Shown here in pieces: positions 12,862 through 24,200 of a stretch of 64,000 bases of DNA. This stretch comes from Fistulifera solaris (taxonomy: Eukaryota). A program made the position numbers and the translations under genes. Position 1 is the first letter of the stretch. Every line of letters begins with the position of its first letter. The stretch lies in the NCBI GenBank assembly GCA_030295235.1, contig AP026156.1, positions 1-64,000 on the forward strand, read 5' to 3'. The notes below the pieces were generated by a model. That model had not been told where the DNA came from. It worked only from the letters and a program-made list of their open reading frames with translations, and ran no database searches.

Positions 12862-13733
12862 ATGAAGCTCGCTCTCTTTGCCGCTCTTTTCACGTAAGTG
12901 GGAATTCTGTAGTTATTTTTGTTTTGGTCAAGTCGTGCGCGAACGGCGGGTAAAACGCGAGTGGTTGCGCCGCTCGACGGGAAGATAGTCATTTCGGAGG
13001 CAAATAGCACCGTCAATAACGATACGTTTGACAATCTTCAATTCATGCGTTATTATAATAAATTTGTTTGATGAATTACGGCCCGTTTCTGAGAAAAAAT
13101 GGCGCAAGGACTGTAAGAACGACTACACACGACAGAGTATCCGCAACACATCTCGACTACCGGAAGTTGTTGTTTCTCTTCATAGATGTTGTATCACATC
13201 AACACACCTGTTTTCTCACCTTCTCTTTTCTTTTCTGCTTCAATATTACAGCACCGCCGCTGCGTTTGTGACTCCCAGCGCCGAACGCGCGTCGGTCGCC
13301 TTGCAAGCCGAACGCCGCGAGTTCTTGTCGGCCTTGGCGGGTGCCGCCGCTCTGGCCGCTCCCATGGCCGCCAACGCCGTTCGTGATTACGACAATGTTG
13401 GATACTTGGGTGGCAGTGAAATTGTCGATGTCAACAATGCCAATGTCCGTGTCTACCTCAAGATGCCCGGTCTGTACCCGACGGTCGCCGGAAAGATTGC
13501 CACCAATGGACCGTACAAGTCCGTAGCGGACTTGTACAACATTCCCGGCTTGTCGGGCAAAGAGAAGGAATTGATCAAAAGTACGAAAGTCGTTTCACGG
13601 CTCTAGAGCCCAGTGCGGATTACGTCATTGATCGCATCAACAACGGACTGTAAGTGTCTTTGTTGCAGTGTTGTCGTTTTGGTGAAGTGTCTGTGAGTCT
13701 TACCCTGTTTGTTGTTTCAATAGATACCGTTAA
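12862..13733 (+). CDS. psbU: Photosystem II extrinsic 12 kDa protein PsbU, nuclear-encoded with bipartite plastid presequence
   Basis: Spliced N-terminus MKLALFAALFTTAAA-FVTPS (intron 12894-13251). Motifs VDVNNANVRVYLKMPGLYPTVAGKI and DRINNGLYR* (intron 13650-13723). One frameshift near 13580. Confidence 0.95.
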
Positions 13734-14331
13734 ATTCATTCGTAGGAATGAATGGAAAGCGATTGGGATCCTTATAGTTTAGAATGTGTCCGTCTTTTCT
13801 CTAAACGTTGCTAGATGTGACTTTTTTTCATCTAAAATGTTTTACTCTTACCTGCTGTTGGTCATGCTACATCTAGAGACACACAGCGTCGTATTCCTAT
13901 CAGTTTGTGTTTGCTAATCACTTACTAGACTATGGTTGGAGAGCAATAGGCAACTTTCTCGTGACTGATTAATCGCTTGTACGTCGTACGTTGCGCATTT
14001 TGCCTTCCGATTTTGATGGCCGCGCGGAAGTTCTTTTGCGGAAGAAAGGTAAATGTCGCAGTGATGTTCTTTCGCTGATACACTATCGCTCGTAAAGTCC
14101 AAATGATTACCGGTGATCCTTTCGGTCATCTGTCGCGTCGATGTTCGTTCTGTCGTGTACTGTTTTGCACTATACTCCAAAGGGATCTTTCGCTTTCGGA
14201 TCACGCCGTTCCTTGCCGTCGCATCATAAAACGAAATCAGAAAGCGAAGGACACAAACCCGTCTTTTGTTGACAAGGAAAAGCATTCCTTTCGTCTTACG
14301 GCGTTTGAAATCTATTCATTTACTAATCAAC

Positions 14332-17173
14332 ATGTTCTTATCCCGTCAAGCCGTCCGACGCAGTCTCGTTTCGTGGACGTTGGCGAGTCACGCCCGTCGT
14401 AATTTGCAGACGGCCCATCGTCGTGCTGTTGCCTTGTCTTCCAAAACTGCTCTGCAACAACAAACACGCCATTACTGTCGTTCGTTTCCTTCCGAAGCTT
14501 CCGTATTACTTCCGGAATACCATGCCCATGTCGCGGAACGCTTGAAAGAAGCCAACGGTTTGGGAATTGCTCCGAAACCCTTGTCGGCCGAACAAGTTTC
14601 GACTCTTATTCAGGAATTGCAAGGCAAGGACGCCACCGAAGCCGAAAACAAGAAATGTTGGACTTGTTGGTGCACCGAGTTCCACCCGGTGTCGATGAAG
14701 CCGCGTACGTCAAGGCCACGTGGTTGAGTGCGATTGCGAAAGGCAGTGAACAGTGTTCTCTCGTCAGCCGTAAACAAGCCGTCGAATGGTTGGGGACCAT
14801 GCAAGGTGGATACAATGTCGCTACCTTGATTGAATTGTTGCAAGACAAAGAAGTCGCCGACACGGCCGCCCAGCAATTGTCGCATACCTTGCTCGTCTTT
14901 GATGCCTTGCACGATGTCATTGAATTGCACGAGAGCGGCTGCCAGGCCGCCACGACCGTCTTGGAGTCGTGGGCGAATGCCGAATGGTTTTGAGCAAACC
15001 CGACGTGCCCGAAAATATACCGTGACCGTCTTCAAGGTGACGGGTGAAACGAATACCGATGATTTGAGTCCGGCCCAAGATGCGTGGAGTCGTCCTGACA
15101 TTCCTTTGCATGCGGCCAGTATGCTCAAGAATGCCCGGGATGGTATCGAACCTGTGCAAGATGGTGCCATTGGTCCCATTCCGCAAATTCGCAAATTACA
15201 ACAAGACACTGGTTTTCCCTTGGCGTACGTCGGTGATGTCGTGGGGACGGGATCGTCGCGGAAAAGTGCGACCAATTCCGTCTTGTGGTACTTTGGAGAC
15301 GACATTCCGTACGTCCCGAACCTACGCACCGGGAGTCTTTGTTTGGGCGGAAAGATTGCTCCGATTTTCTTCAATACGATGGAAGATTCCGGTGCACTCC
15401 CCATTGAGTTGGATGTTTCCAATTTGCACATGGGAGACGTCATTGATGTGTATCCGTACGAAGGTGTCGTCAAGAATCATGCGACGGGTGCCACGATTAC
15501 GACCTTTGAACTCAAAACGCAAGTTTTGTTGGATGAAGTGCGGGCCGGAGGTCGTATTCCTCTCATTATTGGACGTGGATTGACGGCCAAGGCGCGTGAG
15601 GCATTGGGACGAGGATCGGCCGTGGATGATGTCTTTCGCATGCCGGTGCAACCCGATTCCAATGTGGAAGGGTTCACTTTGGCCCAAAAGATGGTCGGGG
15701 CCGCGTGTGGACTGCCCGAAGGCCAAGGTGTCGTCCCTGGACAATATTGTGAGCCCCGCATGACCAGTGTCGGTTCGCAAGATACGACGGGACCGATGAC
15801 CCGGGATGAATTGCGGGGTTTGGCGTGTTTGGGATTCTCAGCCGACTTGGTGATGCAGTCGTTCTGTCACACGGCCGCGTACCCGAAACCCGTCGATGTG
15901 GTGACCCATCACACGTTACCGGATTTCATCCGCACGCGTGGGGTGTCTCGCTTCGACCGGGGATGGTATCATTCATTCGTGGTTGAATCGCATGCTCCTC
16001 CCGGACACGGTCGGAACCGGTGGTGATTCGCACACGCGTTTTCCCATTGGTATCTCTTTCCCGGCGGGAAGTGGCTTAGTGGCGTTCGCGGCCGCGACCG
16101 GCATTATGCCGTTGGATATGCCCGAATCGGTGCTAGTGCGCTTTCACGGAGAAATGCAACCGGGCATTACCTTGCGTGATTTGGTTCAGGCCATTCCGTA
16201 CACGGCGTTGAAACAAGGACTGTTGACGACGGAGAAGAAGGGAAAGAAAGAATGTGTTTTCGGGTCGTGTTTGGAAATTGAAGGTCTTCCGGACTTGAAA
16301 TGTGAACAGGCCTTTGAACTGTCGGACGCATCGGCCGAGCGTTCTGCTGCTGGATGCACGATTCAGTTGAACGAAGAACCCATCATTGAGTACCTCAATT
16401 CGAATATTGTGATGCTCAAATGGATGATTTCGGAAGGATACGGCGATGCCCGTACATTGGAGCGTCGCATCAAAGCCATGGAGAAGTGGGTCGCCAACCC
16501 GGTCTTGATGAAACCCGACAAGAAGGCCAGCTATGCTCAAGTCATTGAGATTGATTTGAACGAGCTGAAAGAACCCGTGTTGGCATTGCCGAACGATCCA
16601 GATGCTTCGGCGCTTCTTTCGGAAGTGGCCGGAACACCCATTGATGAAGTGTTCATTGGTTCTTGCATGACCAACATTGGACATTTCCGTGCGGCGGGTA
16701 AATTGTTGAACGCTCATGCGGTCAAAAGTCAAAGGTTCTTCCCACTCGTCTTTGGGTGGCGCCGCCTACTAAGATGGACGAAGCGCAATTGATCGAGGAA
16801 GGTTATTACAGCATTTATGGCTCGGCCGGTGCTCGCACGGAGATGCCAGGATGTTCGTTGTGCATGGGCAATCAAGCTCGCGTGGCTCCCGGCTGCACGA
16901 CGGTCTCGACCAGTACCCGAAACTTCCCCAACCGTTTGGGACAAGGAGCGAACGTGTTCTTGGCCAGTGCCGAACTCGCGGCGATTGCCAGTATTGAAGG
17001 CAAGCTGCCCACCGTCGATGAATACATGGCCTACATGAGCGAAGTCAACGCCACGGCCGCGGATACCTACCGTTATTTGAATTTTGACGAATTGCCCGAA
17101 TTTGTGGAAAAGCGGCAACCGTGGCCATGTCGGATGAATTGAAAGCGGCGGCCTCGAAGATGTGAAAAGCGTA
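14332..17173 (+). CDS. acnB: Aconitate hydratase B (bacterial AcnB-type) with mitochondrial-type presequence; several frameshifts
   Basis: Motifs [89 protein letters not shown] and [14 protein letters not shown]-rich N-terminus [11 protein letters not shown]. Confidence 0.95.
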
Positions 17174-17297
17174 AGATAATTCTGGATACTAAATAATTTA
17201 GTTTTAATTGACAGTGCATATTTTTGAGAGCAATATAATTCTGGATAGTCGCGGCGATCCGAACTTAGAAGTAGACCCATCATCGCTACTAAACGCA

Positions 17298-18799
17298 CTA
17301 ATGTGCTGTCGAGGTAGAGTATTTTAGTTCAATTTGACCATATCGAAATCGGAATGAAATATAGATGCTTTGTACTCGGACCATTGCGTTTGCCACCGCG
17401 GACTGCCTTCCTCCATGTGCCCTAAATAATTTTCCCAAACATCCAACAGACGAGCCGCCAACGCCGGCATGGTCAACTGCTGACGACACCAGCGATTCGC
17501 GCTTCGTATCATCCTCTGTATCTTCGCATCGTTGCGTGAATCGAACAAAATTCCAAAACACTGTCCCAATCTGATAGATTACTCGCCATGGGAATGTAAT
17601 GTTTCCAGGGAATCAAGTCGCGTTGGATCGACTCGACGTAAACCGGTTCCACTTTCACAACGATCGAATTGTAACACAGCAATTCACCGAATCGACTACT
17701 CCAAGCATTGCCGTCCATATCCAATATGGCAAAATACTGTTGAAAGTCTGACATGGGTGTAATGGTGGGTTTCAAGCCACCACCAATTTCTGGCCATGGA
17801 ATGTGGAGACGGGCATTCATGTGTCCAATGGACACAAAGCCAACATCCACCCGAGGATCGTTTTGGGCGTGTACTACGACGCGCCATCGTGTACTATTAT
17901 AATGTTCATTGGGTGCCGACAAGGAACCGCGCCATATCAATTGTCGTTGCTTTGACGGCCAAGGGTATTGTGTTTGATAGGAAGTTTGTTGTTCCGTATT
18001 CGATAGCACACTCCAAACGTTTTGATAATTGGGAATGGGAAACGCGTATGGACACGAAACCGGAGCACATGTTGTCAATAAAGGAATCGATGAGGTATTC
18101 TTCCAATTGTGGTATTGACACGATTTATAGTCTCCGTACCACGCCAAGAACGGAAATCCTGCAGAGACGACGCTTGTTGTAGATGTATCCATCGCGTCGA
18201 GTTGGTTTGTGCTATGAGTAATTGCCAAGCTACCGTAAACAGTTGTTCCGTCAGTTTTGACGATGTTGGTTTGTCCGAAAAAACTACGTTGCGTCAGCAT
18301 GGAACTGACCCAAACGCCGTGCGCGTCGACAACATACAAGACTTCGGAAACCGAGACCGTGTTTTGGGAGAAACAACGGTCGATGCCGTCCCATTTTAAG
18401 TCCTTGGACAAAGATCATCCAGTCATCAAATCCAATTCCTTCATTCCCCAACGAGGAAACCTATAATGATCGTTGAAAAGGCTCGACTCGTCATCTTTTG
18501 TGGTATTATCCTCTACAGAGGAGTCGTCGTTCGTTGTTGTTGTGTCGCGTGGAAACAAAAAGCAAGGGAATTTGTAGCAGCAACGCGAGTCCTATTCCAA
18601 AGATAAGACGTTTACGAAGAAAAGAGATGCATAGGAAGAAGAAGTATAGTACATAGAAGGAATAAATGTTGCAAGTTGAATGAACGAAGATCATTATAAA
18701 AAAAAACAGAAGAATTATGAAAATTTTCCTCCGATGACGATGACCCAAAATTCTACATCTCCAGATTTTCTGTGAGCTTTGAGTCACGTCATACATCAT
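17298..18799 (-). CDS. Glycosyltransferase family 90 (CAP10/POGLUT-like), type II membrane protein
   Basis: Motifs LIWRGSLS, LDMDGNAWSSRFGELLCYNS and LIPWKHYIPM. Upstream TM RKRLIFGIGLALLLQIPLLF. Start position uncertain. Confidence 0.75.
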
Positions 18800-18935
18800 A
18801 CATCCTACACAATTCGGAAACGGCGTTAAAATTCTGCTTCTTCGTGGACGCTACGTAGAAGGTTGTACTGGAGGCAGAATTTTAACGTCCATTCGCCAGA
18901 CGACCCAATGATGCGTGGAGCGTGGAGGTGGATAT

Positions 18936-19240
18936 TCATGACTGAAGAAGAACAGTCGTGTCAATGAAAGTCGCCGACCCTTCGTCTTTGTCGCAAATAA
19001 AATATTGGGAACAACCGTTTGCAAGACTTTTCGACATACTGAATCCTGACCAAATCCTGACCCGAATCACAACTGCTTCTGAGACGTTACTTCATTGCGA
19101 TCTCAACATCTTACAAAGTAAACGGAAGCTAGGATAACAGGGCGGATTTGAAAAACTGACTCATGACTGAAAGCAGTCGTGAAAGAAAGTCGACTACATT
19201 ATACATGATACAACAATTCGCGAGGATGTTAGGCAAAAGA
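18936..19240 (-). repeat. Two hairpin motifs of the dispersed repeat family, 225 bp apart
   Basis: tcatgactg-aagaagaa-cagtcgtg at 18936 and tcatgactg-aaag-cagtcgtg at 19161. The intervening sequence is highly diverged. Confidence 0.65.
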
Positions 19241-19893
19241 TCGAGAAATACTTAACACCATTGAAGGTATCATTGTGATTCCGTCAACTTTTGTATCTCA
19301 CCAAGACCGTTGCTAAATTTAACAGTCTTGATTCTGTCGTGCGACAGGTTTGTACTACGTACTACGTACGTGTAGTTGTAGTAGTAGTAGTAGGGAGTTT
19401 ATAACCTATAACCTTGTGTATGTTGCATCCCAGCGCTATAAATTCTTTCCATCATCATCATTTTCTCCGCTGTCCGCAGTCCGCAACATTTCTCTGCTTC
19501 TTCGTTTTCTTTGCTTTATTCCGTCTTCCGACTGTCTTGAGAGACGAGAACAATGGAAGCCGTCCACTTAATTATGGGCTATTGCAATTGCAGGCGCGGA
19601 GTAACATATGGAACGAAGTTAACCGGCCCCTCTTTCTCGTACGATGCGAGTACTAAGTATTATCACGCGGAACGTAGTTTTGTTTCCGTTGCACGCGCCG
19701 GGCTGCTTTTCGAAGAACGTTGCTCTTTTGCCCCCGCAAACCCGAGTTTTTCTTGCAGAATATGAAGGCCTGCGATGTCCATGTAAGTATTTGTTTGAGG
19801 AAAAAGATCCTCTCGATCTTCTTTATTTCAAGAAAGCTGAGCGAAGATCCATGACGACGTCAAGCAACCATTAATCGACAAAACAGTGAAAGG

Positions 19894-22800
19894 ATGTCGC
19901 CGTCGAATAATCATCTATCGGAATCAGAAACACGATGGTTGCAGGAAGAGAATAGCTCGAATACTGGAACAACCGCTTCCGGAATGCCCAACGATTCGGC
20001 GATACTCCGTGACATGGTCATGATTTACGGATCGATCTTTGTCGTAGCCTTTATCGGGTTTTGTTGGGTCCGCAAAGCCTTTCCCAAACCGTACACGGTT
20101 CGCATGTGGACGAAAGAGGAGGATTTGAAGGTACGCGTGCACGACGATCATTTCTTATTACTACTCTCTCTTCCTTTTTTCTAGATGAATGCTCATTCCA
20201 TTCGCTTTCTTCTACGGACAGAATCCACTCGTTCAAGAACAATATGGATTCTTTTCGTGGATTGGTATGCTCTTTACCTTTCATGACGACGAAATTGCCG
20301 AACATTGTGGTTTGGATGCCGTTTGTTTTCTGCGCACACTGGCCATGGGACAACAGCTGTGTATGGTGGGCATGTTCAATGCCTTGTGGCTCATTCAATC
20401 TATGCGACGGCCGAGTCTTCGAAAGAAACGGATCGCATCACCGATTGGGTGGTGCAAATCACCGTGTCGCATGTTCCGCCCGGATCGGCGCGGTTGGTGG
20501 CCACCGTCGTGGCGGCCTATGTTTCGTTTGGGTATACCATGTATCTGATTTTACAAGAGTTTGAGTGGTTTATTGGTGAGTGGAAACGGGACAAAGACGG
20601 GCAATTGTTCTTGTAGGCGACGCTATTTCACTCCAGTCGATCTCTTGGTGATAGAAATGCGTCACAAATTTCTTCGCAAGCCGAGGCCCTGTAATTACAC
20701 GTAAGTGAAGTGATCCATGTCTTGTACTTTCATAATATACATGCCTTTTCATTTTACTCACGGCTGTTTTTCCCAACATTTAGCGTGTACGTGAGCAACA
20801 TTCCATCCGAGATACGATCCAACCAACAGTTGAAAGAATTCTTTCGCCACTGTTTCAGTGGCGATCCAGTGGTGGATGCCAAAATTCGTTTGATTGCCAA
20901 TAAGCTGTCGAGTCTGGTAACGAAACGCGAAGCGGTAGTAGCCAAGCTCGAGAATGCTCTGGCTTTGGAAGAGCGGGATGGTAAAGCGCCCACACTCAAG
21001 ACGGGTCTCGTGGGAGGGATCCCTGGAGTGAGTGACGCTGTCGGGGTCATCCCTGTTTTCGGTGGAGCTATGACGGGAGATCGTGTCAATGCGGTGGACG
21101 GTACGTGCTACCGGCTTCTTTTCTTCGATATGCTATGACTTATAGAGTGTTCTCATCGATGAGTTTGTTTTTTGTTTTGCTTGTTGAAAAGCATTCGCGC
21201 GCGAGTTAGCGGAATTGAATTCCGATATCTCGGCTCGTATTACGGTCATGGAAGACATTCTTTCAGGGAATGCATCGACGGACGCGTTAGACGAATTAAA
21301 TCCGTCCGCCCGACGAATTTTCGGGCTATCAAAACCCTTTAAGTATGAATCGACAGAAAACGACAAACTACTCTCTCAATCAGATGAGCGCGTACAATCC
21401 GACAAATTAAGCTACTCCGACGAGAAGATTGATGATTCATTGGTTGCGAATGAATCACACTCCGGTCATGGAAACGGCATCAAACTTTTACCGTCCAGTG
21501 TTTCGAAGACTGCCTCGGGCGCTGTCGGATCCGTGCTCAATACAGCAAAAGGTGCTACTAAAGTCGCTACAAATGCAGTTGGGTCCGCAGTAAATTTAGT
21601 CGCTGGAGATAGAGATGGCGAATATTATAGCGGAGGCTTTGTATCCTTTAGAACTCTCAGTTTGAAATATGCCGCGTTGCAGATGCTCCACCATGACACG
21701 CCATTCATGATGTCTGTTGCGGAGGCTCCAGATCCACAGGACGTGTTTTGGGCCAACGTGGGTCGTGAGAACAAAGAGCTTCAGATTGGAAAGCTTCTCA
21801 GTCGGGCAGCTTCTGTGGGTATTTGTCTCCTTTGGACTATTCCAATGGCATTTTTCGCAACGCTGTCAACAGTGGAGGGTTTGAAAGAACAGTTTCAGTT
21901 TGTCGAGGATGCTATCGAAGCCTTTCCCGCTTTGGAGCCTATATTGCAGCAACTTGCCCCTCTTCTCGTGGTCATGTTTAACTCACTGTAAGTAGGTCCC
22001 GAACGCGCAATCGGTGATGGTTGACGTTTTCCTCTCACTTTTGCCTAGTCTCCTGCGATTCTTGAAATGCTTTCCATGTGGGAAGGACCGGTATCGGGAT
22101 CTGTTGTGGAGGCGTTGACGTTTAGCAAGCTTGCCGCTTTCATGATTATTCAAACGTTCTTTGTCACAGCAATTTCCGGAGCGATCCTGGAAGAAATAAA
22201 AAGCTCGTCGAAGATCCGCTTTCTGCGATTGATCTCCTTGCAACCAGTCTTCCTGCACAATCAACTTTCTTTGTTCAGCTCGCCTTCGTTGGTACTGTCA
22301 CTGGCCTCGCTTTCGAAAATATCCGTATTATTCCGCTGGCTTTAGCATATGTGCGGAGATTCGTCGGACCACGTGTAACGAAAAACAGCGCCAGACTAGC
22401 TACTACTTTTCCGGCCTCTTGCCGACCCTTCTGAATTTGAGCACGCGTCGAATATGGCGCAGTTCTCGGTGCTTTATTTTATGATTTTCATGGTATGTCG
22501 AAAGGCTGAAATCGTGGGCATTTATTCCTTTTTGCAAGATTTCTCACCTTTCGTCACAGGTATACCAGTCAATAGCACCTCTCACTTGCTTCTTTCTCGG
22601 TGTTTGCTTTATGGTCATGCGACCTGCGTTTCTGCACCAGTTCGTGTACATTTATCCCACGCTTCCGGATAGCGGTGGAAGGATTTGGATCAATTTCATC
22701 CGGATCATCATGGTTTGCATGACAGTGGCACAACTTACATTGGTGGGACTTATGGGACTGAAAAAGCCGGTATCGCGACACCTTTGATGGCCCGTAAGTG

Positions 22801-23238
22801 TTTTCAAAGTGTCGTTGCGATCTGTCTCAATTTCGCTCTTATGACTTCGTCTTCTTTTTAGCTCTTATAATTTGCACGATATTGTTTAACGCGTACCTGC
22901 AGCAACAGCACTTCCGAGTCGCAGAATATCTGCCTACAAAAGAGTGCCTGAAAGTGGACATACAAAACGGTGATAATTTTGCTGATTCTTTGGTAAAAGG
23001 TGCGTATCTTCAAAAGGAGCTGAGCGACAAAGAAGTGTTTCCGGAAGATGTCGACGACACCCGCCTCGCAATGCTCGGTCTAAAGAGCGTAGAGGAAGCG
23101 AGTCCGTCTTCAACAACTCTTCTAGAATCGAGTCAACATTCGCTAAGCAACAAAGCGGAGGATGACGATGTTGAATCTCGAGGGGCTCTCTCCCCTACTT
23201 GGCAGTCTATTTTCTCGATGAGCCTTGCCAAACAATAA
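19894..23238 (+). CDS. OSCA/CSC1 channel, paralog 3, multi-exon
   Basis: Motifs DSAILRDMVMIYGS, EHCGLDAVCFLRTL, GGFVSFRTLSLK, APDPQDVFWANV and HFRVAEYLPTKECL. Confidence 0.9.
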
Positions 23239-24200
23239 GTATTCTCCGAGAAGAATGGATAGGAGATTAGCAATACTAGTCGATTTACACTGTAGTTATC
23301 GCTTATATTCAAGGATTAGATCACAAAGCTTCACTCCGTAAGATTTACGATATAGTCTAGCGATTACAACTGAGGCTACCCTCCTACTTCTACTGGTAGT
23401 CAGAAGGTCCAGGGAGGACTACTTGATGATCTAGAATCCTTAGGGTTACGGAGTATTTTGGTTGAATCGGGGCTTAAACAACGGAGCTGCGCGCTGCGCA
23501 TTTAAAAGGTGGTATTGCCTAATGTGTGGACTCAACTATGGCTCGCTTAAGTACTATTTTCTAGGTCCCGGAAAACAACCATAACAAATGAGTTTTTCGG
23601 AGTAATAATAATTCATTCGGGATTCAACGTGTGTCGGTGTGTCGCTTGTCGCTTTTGTCGCGTGTTTTCGCTTCTGTGGGCGACGACCGACGACGACGAC
23701 GACCGAGGACCGACGACGACTGACTCCTCCTCGCATCTCGCGTCTGGCGCCTGGCGCCTGCCCGCCTACCGCCTCGTTCGCGCGTGTGTTTGGCGAACCG
23801 AAAACTGCGAACTGCGAATATCTACACTAATTTCTTCTATACCAGGTAAGCTACTACGTAAAGAGATCCATAATTCCAGCAAAACTGGTGTGACTATTTA
23901 ACGATTAATTTTACTTATAGACTGGGTACCGATGCGCATAAGTGAGAAACAGAATTACTGGATACAGGTACCGGTACGTTGTCGTTGCCCAGAAATCCAC
24001 TAATTGGATCACGAGTACTCAAGCCTCAAGCTACAGAAAAAGACGGAGTATTTACAACGTTCCTTGCATTTTTCTCGATGATCCAAAAGAATCTTTTGCT
24101 CAATATTTCAAACATGAAAACGAAAAACAGCATCAATCAAATCGGACATAAAATAGATCAATAAACTCATTTACAACAGAACTGAGAGAGTGTGTAAAAG

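Noticed and set aside
13065..13095. Box C (TGATGA) and box D (CTGA) words in the psbU intron
   Set aside because: They are only about 20 nt apart, too short for a C/D snoRNA.
14332..17173. Programmed ribosomal frameshifting in acnB or other genes
   Set aside because: The shifts are numerous, occur throughout the window and lack a shared slippery motif. Sequencing error is more parsimonious.
23440..23450. Isolated ttaggg telomere-like word
   Set aside because: It is a single occurrence with no array.
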